DNA from: Phycisphaera mikurensis NBRC 102666
GTDB taxonomy: Bacteria > Planctomycetota > Phycisphaerae > Phycisphaerales > Phycisphaeraceae
DNA: 32,000 bases
Reading direction: 5' to 3'
Assembly (NCBI RefSeq): GCF_000284115.1
Contig: NC_017080.1
Location: 630,001-662,000, forward strand
Positions within the stretch are counted from its first letter, which is position 1; each line of letters starts with the position of its first letter. Below are positions 17,354-24,638 of this stretch, piece by piece. Made by a program: the position numbers and the translations under genes. The notes under the pieces were generated by a model. That model was not told where the DNA came from. It saw nothing but the letters and a program-made list of their open reading frames with translations, and made no database searches.

Positions 17354-17811
17354 CCAAGGCCCCGCCGCGTTTCGCGTACCGGGCTCCGCTGGCACCCCTT
17401 TCCGGGGGCGTCGAGTCGCCAGAGTTTCTTCAGAATCTCGGATCTCTTCAAGCGATTTTCGAATGACCCCACCGGGCGTTCCGGTGCCGGTCCCGTGAGT
17501 CTCTTGAGGTTCCGACGCCTGGAACAGGCAACCGGCTGCCGGCCGGGATCGATGCGATCTTCCCCCTCCGCGACAGGGCGGGGCGGTCCCGCCGAGATCC
17601 ACCCACCGGTGTCGCCCGCACAACCCGAGGACTTCCCTCGGCACCCACGTGCGACCCTGCCATTGTTCATTCCCATTTCCCGCCGCTCCACCCTCATGGG
17701 TGGCAGCTCTCCGGGATCCGTCACCGGCTTCGGCCGCAGCCGGATGGCCGTTCGCAGACGAGAATCCTCCTTTGGTTCACCTCTTTCTTGACCCCATCTG
17801 GAGTCTTTCTC
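17354..17811 (+). promoter_or_regulatory. long conserved 5' leader of prepilin gene A (candidate structured cis-regulatory RNA)
   Basis: About 450 nt between the candidate promoter and the ATG. It aligns block-wise with 18992-19449 upstream of paralog B, and 1-nt indels rule out coding. Shared hairpins: CACCGG-gcgtt-CCGGTG (17470-17486 and 19105-19121), and a hairpin at the same offset with different sequence (17625-17641 CCGAGG/CCTCGG versus 19260-19277 GGTCGAG/CTCGGCC). Confidence 0.4.
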
Positions 17812-18762
17812 ATGCGTTCCACCCCCAAGAACGACGCCCTCTCCACCCGCACCGGCGCGGGCTTCACGCTGATCGAGCTGCTCGTGGTGATCTCGATCAT
17901 CGCGCTGTTGATCGGCATCCTCCTGCCGGCGCTGGGTGCGGCCCGCCGCACCGCCCGCCAGATGCAGAACAGCACGCAGCTGCGTGGCATCCACCAGGGC
18001 ATGTTCACGTACGCCCAGAGCAACAAGACCGGCGGCCGCGACGGCTACTACCCCGGCCTCAACGCCCAGGGCAAGGTCATCGAGAGCGACCCGAGCACGG
18101 TGATCCCCGCCGCTCAGATCGCTGCCGTGAGCGACGTCGAGGGCTACGGCATCGCCGGTGACGCCATTCCGACCGCCGCGCAGATGAACGGCGGCACGCT
18201 CGGCAACGGCGGCTTCGTCACCCGCGCCTTCGCCGAGCTCGCCTCCGGCGACTTCATCCCCGCCGGCTCCGCCGGGTACTTCATCAACCCCGCCGACACC
18301 AGCAAGACGGAGTTCGTCGCCGGCGGCACCGGCGCCGAAGGCGAGTTCAACTCCACGAAGATCAGTTACACCCCGCTGGACATCTCGGCCACGGCCGACG
18401 GCGGCACCCTGTACGCGGCCGAGTGGAAGGAGACCATCAACACCGCCGCGATGATCCTCGCGGACCGGGCGGTCAACGACGGCGACACGCTGCCCGGCGG
18501 CACCGACGCCTCCAGCGTCTGGACCGACGAGGGCTCCGGCGAGTGGCGTGGCTCGATCGTCCGCGGCGACGGCTCCACCAGCTTCGAGGCGAGCCCGGTG
18601 GCGGCCGAGTCGGGCCTGAAGTTCGGCAAGCGGACCTTCGTCGACGGCACCGTCGACAACCTCTTCGCGGCCCGCGGCGACGCCACCCTCGCCAGCGGCC
18701 AGGTTCCCTCGGACTTCGGCGTCTTCTTCGACGAAGCCGCCACCGATCCCGAGAACTTCTGA
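17812..18762 (+). CDS. prepilin-type N-terminal cleavage/methylation domain protein (pilin/pseudopilin-like), paralog A
   Basis: Track ORF 17788..18762 trimmed to ATG 17812, with GGAG at 17800-17803 (8 nt upstream). MRSTPKNDALSTRTGAG|FTLIELLVVISIIALLIGILLPAL has G-1, F+1 and E+5, followed by QMQNSTQLRGIHQG. No Cys. 316 aa. Confidence 0.85.
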   Translation: MRSTPKNDALSTRTGAGFTLIELLVVISIIALLIGILLPALGAARRTARQMQNSTQLRGIHQGMFTYAQSNKTGGRDGYYPGLNAQGKVIESDPSTVIPAAQIAAVSDVEGYGIAGDAIPTAAQMNGGTLGNGGFVTRAFAELASGDFIPAGSAGYFINPADTSKTEFVAGGTGAEGEFNSTKISYTPLDISATADGGTLYAAEWKETINTAAMILADRAVNDGDTLPGGTDASSVWTDEGSGEWRGSIVRGDGSTSFEASPVAAESGLKFGKRTFVDGTVDNLFAARGDATLASGQVPSDFGVFFDEAATDPENF

Positions 18763-18819
18763 TCGGCCGCATCGGAGCCGGCGACCGCTGCCCTCCGACA
18801 CCCGAGCGCCCATCCTTGA

Positions 18820-18851
18820 GAAGCCGGTCCCCGGGGGCCGGCTTCTTTTTT
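18820..18851 (+). terminator. rho-independent terminator of paralog A
   Basis: GAAGCCGG…CCGGCTTC stem (18820-18845, with extra inner pairs) followed directly by TTTTTT (18846-18851). Confidence 0.8.
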
Positions 18852-18962
18852 GCGCGTCACGCGGACCGGCCGAGGGCGTTCGGCGGCGCTAGCGAGAAGG
18901 AGCGACGGGGCGTGGGAGGTCCCGGGCAGCGGCCGATTCTTATAGGACATTCCGGCGAGTCC

Positions 18963-18991
18963 TTGACAGGCTGCCGCACCCCTGGCAGAAT
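18963..18991 (+). promoter_or_regulatory. sigma70-type promoter candidate of prepilin cassette B
   Basis: TTGACA (18963-18968), a 17-nt spacer ending in TGG, then CAGAAT (18986-18991). An AT-rich patch (gattcttataggacattcc) lies upstream. Confidence 0.45.
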
Positions 18992-19449
18992 GGGGCTTGT
19001 CCCGGCACTCCTCGGGACCCGCTGGCAGGCCTTTTCCGGGGGCTGCCGCGACGGACGAGTCATCCTCGCTCTTCGGCAGCTCCAGCGATCTTGGTTTCCT
19101 GCCCCACCGGGCGTTCCGGTGAGGCCCCGCGAGTCTTCTGAGGTTCATCCGCCTGGTTCAGGGCATCCGGCCGCCGGCCGGGACGTCAGCGATCTTTCCT
19201 CCCCGCGACAGGGCAGGACGGTCCCGCCGGCGTCCGCACACCGGTCACGCCAGCACGCCGGTCGAGTTCTCTCGGCCCACTCGTGCACCCATGCCATAGT
19301 CCATCCCTTGTCTCCCGGACTCCCGCCTCCCGAGGCGGGCCCCGTTCCGGGATCCGTGCCCGGCTTCGGCCGCGGGCGGACGGCCTGCCCCTGACGAGTG
19401 ACCCCCGACGGCTCGCATCTTCCCGTTGACCCCATCTGGAGTCTTTCTC
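18992..19449 (+). promoter_or_regulatory. long conserved 5' leader of prepilin gene B
   Basis: Same length class (about 450 nt) and same conserved blocks as leader A. The last 24 nt before the ATG are identical to A. Confidence 0.4.
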
Positions 19450-20394
19450 ATGCGTTCCACCCCCAAGAACGACGCTCTTTACACCCGCACCGGCGCGGGC
19501 TTCACGCTGATCGAGCTGCTCGTGGTCATCTCGATCATCGCGCTGCTGATCGGCATCCTCCTGCCGGCGCTGGGTGCGGCCCGCCGCACCGCCCGCCAGA
19601 TGCAGAACAGCACGCAGCTGCGTGGCATCCACCAAGGCATGTTCACCTACGCCCAGAGCAACAAGACCGGCGGCCGCGACGGCTACTACCCCGGCCTCGA
19701 CGCCCAGGGCAAGACGATCGTCGTCGCCGACGAGATCCCTGAGGAACAGCTCGCCGCCGACGGCAACGTGCCCGGTTACGCGGCCGCGTCCATCGCCAAC
19801 GTTCTTCCCGCGGAGATGAACACCAACATCACCACCGGTTTCATCACGCGGGCCTTCGCCGAGCTCGCCTCCGGCGACTTCATCCCCGCCGGCTCCGCCG
19901 GGTACTTCATCAACCCCGCGGACACCACCAAGTCCGAATTCGTTGCGGGTGCTGCCGCTCCCGAGGGTGAGTTCAACGCCGCGAAGATCAGCTACACGCC
20001 GCTGGACATCTCCAAGAACACCGGAGGCGGAACAGCCGTCTACCCCTACAGCGGTGAGTGGAAGGAAACCATCAACACGCAGGCCATGATCATGGCCGAC
20101 CGCGCCGTGGGTGAGGGTGATGACCTGATTGCCGCCACGCCCGATGGCTCCAGCGTCTGGACCGACGAGGGCTCCGGCGAGTGGCGTGGCTCGATCGTCC
20201 GCGGCGACGGCTCGACGAGCTTCGAGGCCTCCCCCGTCTTCACCGACGTCGGCCTCAAGTACGGCAAGCGCGTCTTCGTGGACGGCGACGTCGACAACAT
20301 CTTCGCCAGTGCTCTGACCATCACCGCCGGCGAGATCGAGGACGAGTCCGGGATCTTCTACGACGAGGCCGGCACGGCCGCCGAGAACTTCTGA
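19450..20394 (+). CDS. prepilin-type N-terminal cleavage/methylation domain protein (pilin/pseudopilin-like), paralog B
   Basis: Track ORF 19426..20394 trimmed to ATG 19450, with GGAG at 19438-19441. The first 86 aa differ from paralog A at 2 residues. Shared internal blocks include AFAELASGDFIPAGSAGYFINPAD and SSVWTDEGSGEWRGSIVRGDGSTSFEASPV, and both C-termini end in ENF. 314 aa. Confidence 0.85.
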   Translation: MRSTPKNDALYTRTGAGFTLIELLVVISIIALLIGILLPALGAARRTARQMQNSTQLRGIHQGMFTYAQSNKTGGRDGYYPGLDAQGKTIVVADEIPEEQLAADGNVPGYAAASIANVLPAEMNTNITTGFITRAFAELASGDFIPAGSAGYFINPADTTKSEFVAGAAAPEGEFNAAKISYTPLDISKNTGGGTAVYPYSGEWKETINTQAMIMADRAVGEGDDLIAATPDGSSVWTDEGSGEWRGSIVRGDGSTSFEASPVFTDVGLKYGKRVFVDGDVDNIFASALTITAGEIEDESGIFYDEAGTAAENF

Positions 20395-20432
20395 GCGGGC
20401 GGAGGCCGCGGCCTCCTTCCTGATCCATCGAC

Positions 20433-20465
20433 GAAGCCGGCTCGACGAGGGCCGGCTTCTGTTTT
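20433..20465 (+). terminator. rho-independent terminator of paralog B
   Basis: GAAGCCGGC (20433-20441), a 9-nt loop, GCCGGCTTC (20451-20459), then TGTTTT (20460-20465). Confidence 0.7.
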
Positions 20466-20762
20466 GCGCTCCGGGCACACCGATGCGGAGCCAGGCGGAC
20501 CGCCGAGCCGCGACGGGGCTCGATGACGGCCGAAGGCGATGCCGATGCCCGATGCGGCCTGCCGACGCGATTGGACTCCACGCTGATCGAGTCCTACACG
20601 GTTGGAAGCACCCCGCTTCTCGCGGAGTCCACCGGTGGCGACTGTGGCCTCGATTCGGCCGTGTCCGGCGCGGCGCACCGATCCGCCAAGCGGGTCCGCC
20701 CGGCCGCGCCGCTCGCTTCCGGCCGCCCCCGAACCCGCGCCTCGCCGTCGCGGGAGGTCCCC

Positions 20763-20868
20763 GTGTCGCGCATCCGGCGTTTCCGCGACACGTCCCGCCG
20801 ACATGTCGCAGCCCGCGACATCAGCTTCCGGTCATGTCGCAGAAAGGACGAAAAGAGAACATGTCGCG
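20763..20868 (+). promoter_or_regulatory. array of GCGACA(T/C) / (A/G)TGTCGC inverted repeats across the fic 5' region and start codon
   Basis: GTGTCGC (20763-20769) pairs with GCGACAC (20785-20791). CGACATGTCG (20799-20808) is a palindrome. GCGACAT (20815-20821) pairs with ATGTCGC (20834-20840). A further ATGTCGC at 20861-20867 contains the chosen start codon. Confidence 0.35.
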
Positions 20869-21991
20869 GCCGGTGTGGCGGCCCCAGCACCCGTGGAACG
20901 GGTTGCCCGCGCTCCAGAAGAGCGTCGCGGCTTTCGAAACCGTTCCGGTGCTCCGCCGGTGCATCCGCTCCCGGGCGGCGCTCGCGGAGCTGAAGCAGGC
21001 GGCGGAGCGGTTCCCGAACCAGGCGGTGCTCATCGGGACGATCCCGCTGCTGGAGGCCCAGGCGAGCTCCGCGATCGAGAACATCGTCACCACGCAGGAT
21101 CAGCTCTTCCGGCTCCAACGGGCGGAGGACGTGGCCGATCCTGCGGCGAAGGAGGCCCTGCGCTACCGCCACGCGCTCCTGGAGGGCTTCGCCACGCTGC
21201 GGGATCGGCCGCTGACCACCGCCACGGCCGAAGCCGTCTGCGGCCGCATCCGCGGCGTCGAGACGCGCGTGCGGCCGATGGCCGGCACCACGCTCGCAAA
21301 CCCCGCCACCGGCGAGGTCGTCTACACACCGCCCGAGGGGGAGGACCGTCTGCGCAGGATGCTCGCGGCGTGGGAGCGGTACCCCAACGAGCCTTCGGAG
21401 CTGGACCCGCTGATCCGCATGGCGGCGGGGCACCACCAGTTCGAAGCCATCCACCCCTTTCACGACGGCAACGGCCGCACCGGCCGGATCCTCAACAGCC
21501 TCTTCCTGATCCAGGAGGAGCTGCTGACGCTGCCCGTCCTGTACCTCAGCCGGTACATCATCGCCCACAAAGCGGAGTATTACGGGCTTCTGTTGGAGGT
21601 CACGCGCAGCGCCGCGTGGGAGCCTTGGATCCTCTACATGCTCCGCGGCGTGGAGGAGACCGCGATCTGGACGACCGCGAAGATCGGCGGGATCCGCCGC
21701 CTCTTCGACGAGACGGTGGAGCACGTGCGGGCCACCGTCCCCCGCACGTACCGGCACGAGCTGATCGTCCTGCTCTTCGAGCAGCCGTACCTCCGCATCC
21801 AGAACCTCTTCGAGGCCGGGATCGCGCAGCGGCAGGCGGCGTCCCGCCAGCTCCGCCAGCTGGTCGACGCCGGCGTGCTCCGGGAGGTGGAAGCCGGGCG
21901 CGAGAAGCTCTTTTTGAACCCGCGCCTGATGCGTCTGCTCACCAGCGACAGCAACGGCTGGACGCCGTTCCCGGGCCCCGCGGGCAGATGA
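20861..21991 (+). CDS. Fic family protein (class II, N-terminal Fic_N/inhibitory helix, C-terminal winged-helix-like tail)
   Basis: Track ORF 20483..21991 trimmed to ATG 20861 (MSRPVWRPQHPWNGLP), which follows a purine-rich aaaggacgaaaagagaac. An in-frame ATG at 20834 is an alternative. The Fic active-site motif HPFHDGNGRTGR is present. The N-terminal EAQASSAIENIVTT fits the (S/T)xxxE(G/N) auto-inhibition motif. Confidence 0.9.
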   Translation: MSRPVWRPQHPWNGLPALQKSVAAFETVPVLRRCIRSRAALAELKQAAERFPNQAVLIGTIPLLEAQASSAIENIVTTQDQLFRLQRAEDVADPAAKEALRYRHALLEGFATLRDRPLTTATAEAVCGRIRGVETRVRPMAGTTLANPATGEVVYTPPEGEDRLRRMLAAWERYPNEPSELDPLIRMAAGHHQFEAIHPFHDGNGRTGRILNSLFLIQEELLTLPVLYLSRYIIAHKAEYYGLLLEVTRSAAWEPWILYMLRGVEETAIWTTAKIGGIRRLFDETVEHVRATVPRTYRHELIVLLFEQPYLRIQNLFEAGIAQRQAASRQLRQLVDAGVLREVEAGREKLFLNPRLMRLLTSDSNGWTPFPGPAGR

Positions 21992-22092
21992 AGGCGCGCG
22001 ATTTGCCGCCGGCCTGGCGCTGCCGCGGACCGTTGCCCTTCCGGCCGCTTCGCCGCCGCGGTCCGCGGATCCGCCGCCCGTAAAGTCTCCGC

Positions 22093-23355
22093 ATGCCCAT
22101 CCACCGCCGGAAAACGCGACAGGTCTCGGTCGGTGACGAACGCGTGGGCGTGGTGAAGATCGGCGGCGACGCGCCGGTGAGCGTGCAGTCGATGACCTCG
22201 GGCTACACCTTCGAGGTCGACGCCTGCGTGGCCGAGATCAACCGCCTCGCCGACGCCGGGGCGGACATCGTCCGCGTCGCCGTGCCCAACAAGAAGGACA
22301 CGGCGGCGCTCAAGGACGTGCTGCCGCGGGTGAAGGTGCCGATCGTCGCCGACGTCCACTTCCACTTCGGCCGGGCTCTGGAGGCGGTGGAGTCGGGCGT
22401 GCACAAGATCCGCCTGAACCCCGGCAACATCCAGGACCGCGGCCACGTCAAGGAGGTGATCGCCGCGTGCAAGGAGAGAGGCCTGCCGATCCGGATCGGG
22501 GTCAACGAGGGCTCGATCATCGAGCGCAGAGACAAGCAGAAGCGGATGCGCGAGCTGGGCGGGGTCTTCAGCGATTCGAAGCACGGCCACTTCCTGGCGA
22601 TCATGATCGCGAAGCTCGAGGAGTACCTCGACATCTTCTACGAGGAGGGCTTCTTCGACCTCACGATCTCCGCGAAGAGCCCCGACCCCGGCCTGGTGAT
22701 CGAGGCCTACGAGGCCGTCTCGGCACGCTTCGACCACCCTCTGCACCTGGGCGTCACCCACGCCGGCCCGCGGGAGACCGGCGCCATCCGCAGCGTCGTG
22801 CCGCTGGGCCACCTGCTCGCCAGCGGGATCGGCGACACCGTCCGCATCAGCTACGCGAGCGACCCGGTCCTCGAGGTGGAGGACGCGCTGGAGATGCTGT
22901 ACTGCCTGGGCCTCCGCGAGCGGCGGGGCGTCGACCTGATCGCCTGCCCCACCTGCGGCCGCATCGAGGTCGACCTCTTCACGCTGGTGCAGGACGTGCG
23001 GGCCAAGCTGGCGGACGAGATCAAGCTGCCGATCAAGGTCGCGGTGATGGGCTGCATCGTCAACGGCCCCGGCGAGGCCGAGGGCGCCGACGTCGCCGTC
23101 TTCGCCGGCAAGCAGCGGGGCATCCTCTACGTGCAGGGCGCCAAGGTGGCGACGGTGCCGGAGTCCGAGATCCTCGACCGGCTGCTCCTCGAAGCGAAGC
23201 GGTTCGAGGCCAGGGTGCTGGCGGGCGAAGCGAAGCTCGGCGAGAAGGTCGTCGAGATCCTGCCCCCGGATCCGCTGGGCGAGGTCGGCCGCGACTGGAC
23301 CACCGGCGCCGAGGCGGCTCCGGGCCGGGCGGAGCTGACGGTGGGGCGGTCCTGA
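22093..23355 (+). CDS. ispG: 4-hydroxy-3-methylbut-2-en-1-yl diphosphate synthase (MEP pathway)
   Basis: Motifs GGDAPVSVQSMT, VADVHFHF, KIRLNPGNI, CPTCGR and VMGCIVNGPGEA are present. 420 aa. Confidence 0.95.
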   Translation: MPIHRRKTRQVSVGDERVGVVKIGGDAPVSVQSMTSGYTFEVDACVAEINRLADAGADIVRVAVPNKKDTAALKDVLPRVKVPIVADVHFHFGRALEAVESGVHKIRLNPGNIQDRGHVKEVIAACKERGLPIRIGVNEGSIIERRDKQKRMRELGGVFSDSKHGHFLAIMIAKLEEYLDIFYEEGFFDLTISAKSPDPGLVIEAYEAVSARFDHPLHLGVTHAGPRETGAIRSVVPLGHLLASGIGDTVRISYASDPVLEVEDALEMLYCLGLRERRGVDLIACPTCGRIEVDLFTLVQDVRAKLADEIKLPIKVAVMGCIVNGPGEAEGADVAVFAGKQRGILYVQGAKVATVPESEILDRLLLEAKRFEARVLAGEAKLGEKVVEILPPDPLGEVGRDWTTGAEAAPGRAELTVGRS

Positions 23356-23433
23356 GGGTTCGGGCTCCTTCAGGGGCCTCGCTTCTTCGATGCGTCTCCG
23401 CGCAGCGCTGCGCGTGCGTGCACGAGCCCTCCG

Positions 23434-24579
23434 TCAGCTCCCCACCGTGCCGAAGCGCCCGAGCGCCCGGAGCCGCTCGTAGCGGCGGTTCACGAGGTTG
23501 TCGGGCTTGAAGCGCTTCAGCTCGCGGAGCTCCTTGGCGATCCACTTCTCCAGCAGCTCGGCCATGAGCTTCGGCCGGCGGTGGGCGCCGCCGAGGGGCT
23601 CCTGGATGATGGCGTCGATGGTGCCCACGGCGAGGTTGTCGGCGGCGGTGAGCCGCAGCGATTCGGCGGCCTTCGCGTTGTTGGTGGGGTTCGCCTCCTT
23701 CCAGAGGATCGCGGCGCAGCCCTCGGGGGAGATCACCGAGTACCAGCTGTACTGCAGCATCGCCAGCCGGTCGGCGACGCCGATGCCGATGGCCCCGCCG
23801 CTGCCGCCCTCGCCGATGACGATCGAGAGGATCGGCACCTTCAAGCGGCTCATCTCCCGCAGGTTGACCGCGATCGCTTCGGCTTGGCCGCGCTCCTCGG
23901 CGCCGATGCCGGGGTAGGCGCCCTGGGTGTCGATCAGCGTGACCACGGGGAGGCCGAACTTCTCGGCGAGCTTCATGCAGCGCAGCGCCTTGCGGTAGCC
24001 CTCGGGGTGGGCGCAGCCGAAGTGGCACCGCATCCGGCTCTTGGTGTCCTTGCCCTTCTGGTGGGCGACCAGCAGCACCTTCTGGCCGCCGATGCGGCCG
24101 AAGCCGGTGAGAATCGCGGGGTCGTCGCCGAAGTGCCGGTCGCCGTGCAGCTCGGTGAAGTCCCGGACGAAGGCGCCGATGTAGTCGGTGCTCTGCGGCC
24201 GGCCGGGATGCCGTGCCACCTGCACGGTCTTCCAAGCATCGAGCTTGCCGTAGAGCTTCCGCAGCATCGCCGTGTGCGTCGCCCGCAGGCCGGCGATCTC
24301 GTCGCCGACCTCCAGCGTCGGATCGATGCCGACGGCGGAGCGGTCCGGATCGGCCTGCGCCTCGAGCTCCTCGATCTGCCGCTCCAGCGCGATCAGCGGC
24401 TTCTCGAAGGCGAGCTCGTGCGTGCCCTCGTACGCGTCGCCGGGGACGGCGCGGCCGAGGCTCGCCTCCTCGGTGAGCTCTTCGAGGGTGCGGTCGAGCA
24501 CGCGGCGGCGCGGGGCGTCGTCGCTGTCGACGGCCGCCTCGGCGGGGGCATCGCTTCGGGTGGGGGGAGGGCTGGGCAT
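23434..24579 (-). CDS. accA: acetyl-CoA carboxylase carboxyltransferase subunit alpha
   Basis: Motifs ARHPGRPQSTDY, GRIGGQKVLLVAHQKG, GAYPGIGAEERGQAEAIA, IVIGEGGSGGA and VISPEGCAAILWK are present. ATG at 24579. Confidence 0.95.
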   Translation of the reverse strand: MPSPPPTRSDAPAEAAVDSDDAPRRRVLDRTLEELTEEASLGRAVPGDAYEGTHELAFEKPLIALERQIEELEAQADPDRSAVGIDPTLEVGDEIAGLRATHTAMLRKLYGKLDAWKTVQVARHPGRPQSTDYIGAFVRDFTELHGDRHFGDDPAILTGFGRIGGQKVLLVAHQKGKDTKSRMRCHFGCAHPEGYRKALRCMKLAEKFGLPVVTLIDTQGAYPGIGAEERGQAEAIAVNLREMSRLKVPILSIVIGEGGSGGAIGIGVADRLAMLQYSWYSVISPEGCAAILWKEANPTNNAKAAESLRLTAADNLAVGTIDAIIQEPLGGAHRRPKLMAELLEKWIAKELRELKRFKPDNLVNRRYERLRALGRFGTVGS

Positions 24580-24638
24580 CGGGCTCGGCGATCGTAAGCG
24601 TTTCGGGTGGGCTGGGAGGCTCCCCGTACGCTCCGGGC

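Larger units (their letters stand above)
17325..20465 (+). repeat. tandem duplication of a complete promoter-leader-prepilin-terminator cassette (unit A 17325-18851, unit B 18963-20465)
   Basis: Alignment by eye of the two units shows near-identical blocks separated by diverged segments (details in findings). Confidence 0.85.

Noticed and set aside
17389-17409. Sigma54 (-24/-12)-like element TGGCAC-N-TTTCC, conserved upstream of both prepilin genes (also 19022-19043). It is attractive because many pilin genes are RpoN-dependent.
   Set aside because: The GG-N10-GC rule is not met: position -12 reads CC or CG, not GC. The spacing also differs by 1 nt between the two copies. I keep it only as a conserved leader block.
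17560-17660. Possible c-di-GMP-I (GEMM-I) riboswitch in the prepilin leaders, because of CGACAGGGC resembling GCACAGGGCAAACC
   Set aside because: The second conserved half (GGGACGCAAAGCC) and the GNRA/tetraloop-receptor pair are not present in either copy. The similarity is limited to a few G/C-rich nucleotides.
20803-20836. Upstream ATGs as fic start codons
   Set aside because: ATG 20803 is out of frame with the Fic domain. ATG 20834 is in frame but adds only MSQKGRKEN and lacks the purine-rich tract that precedes ATG 20861. I keep it as an alternative, not the primary call.
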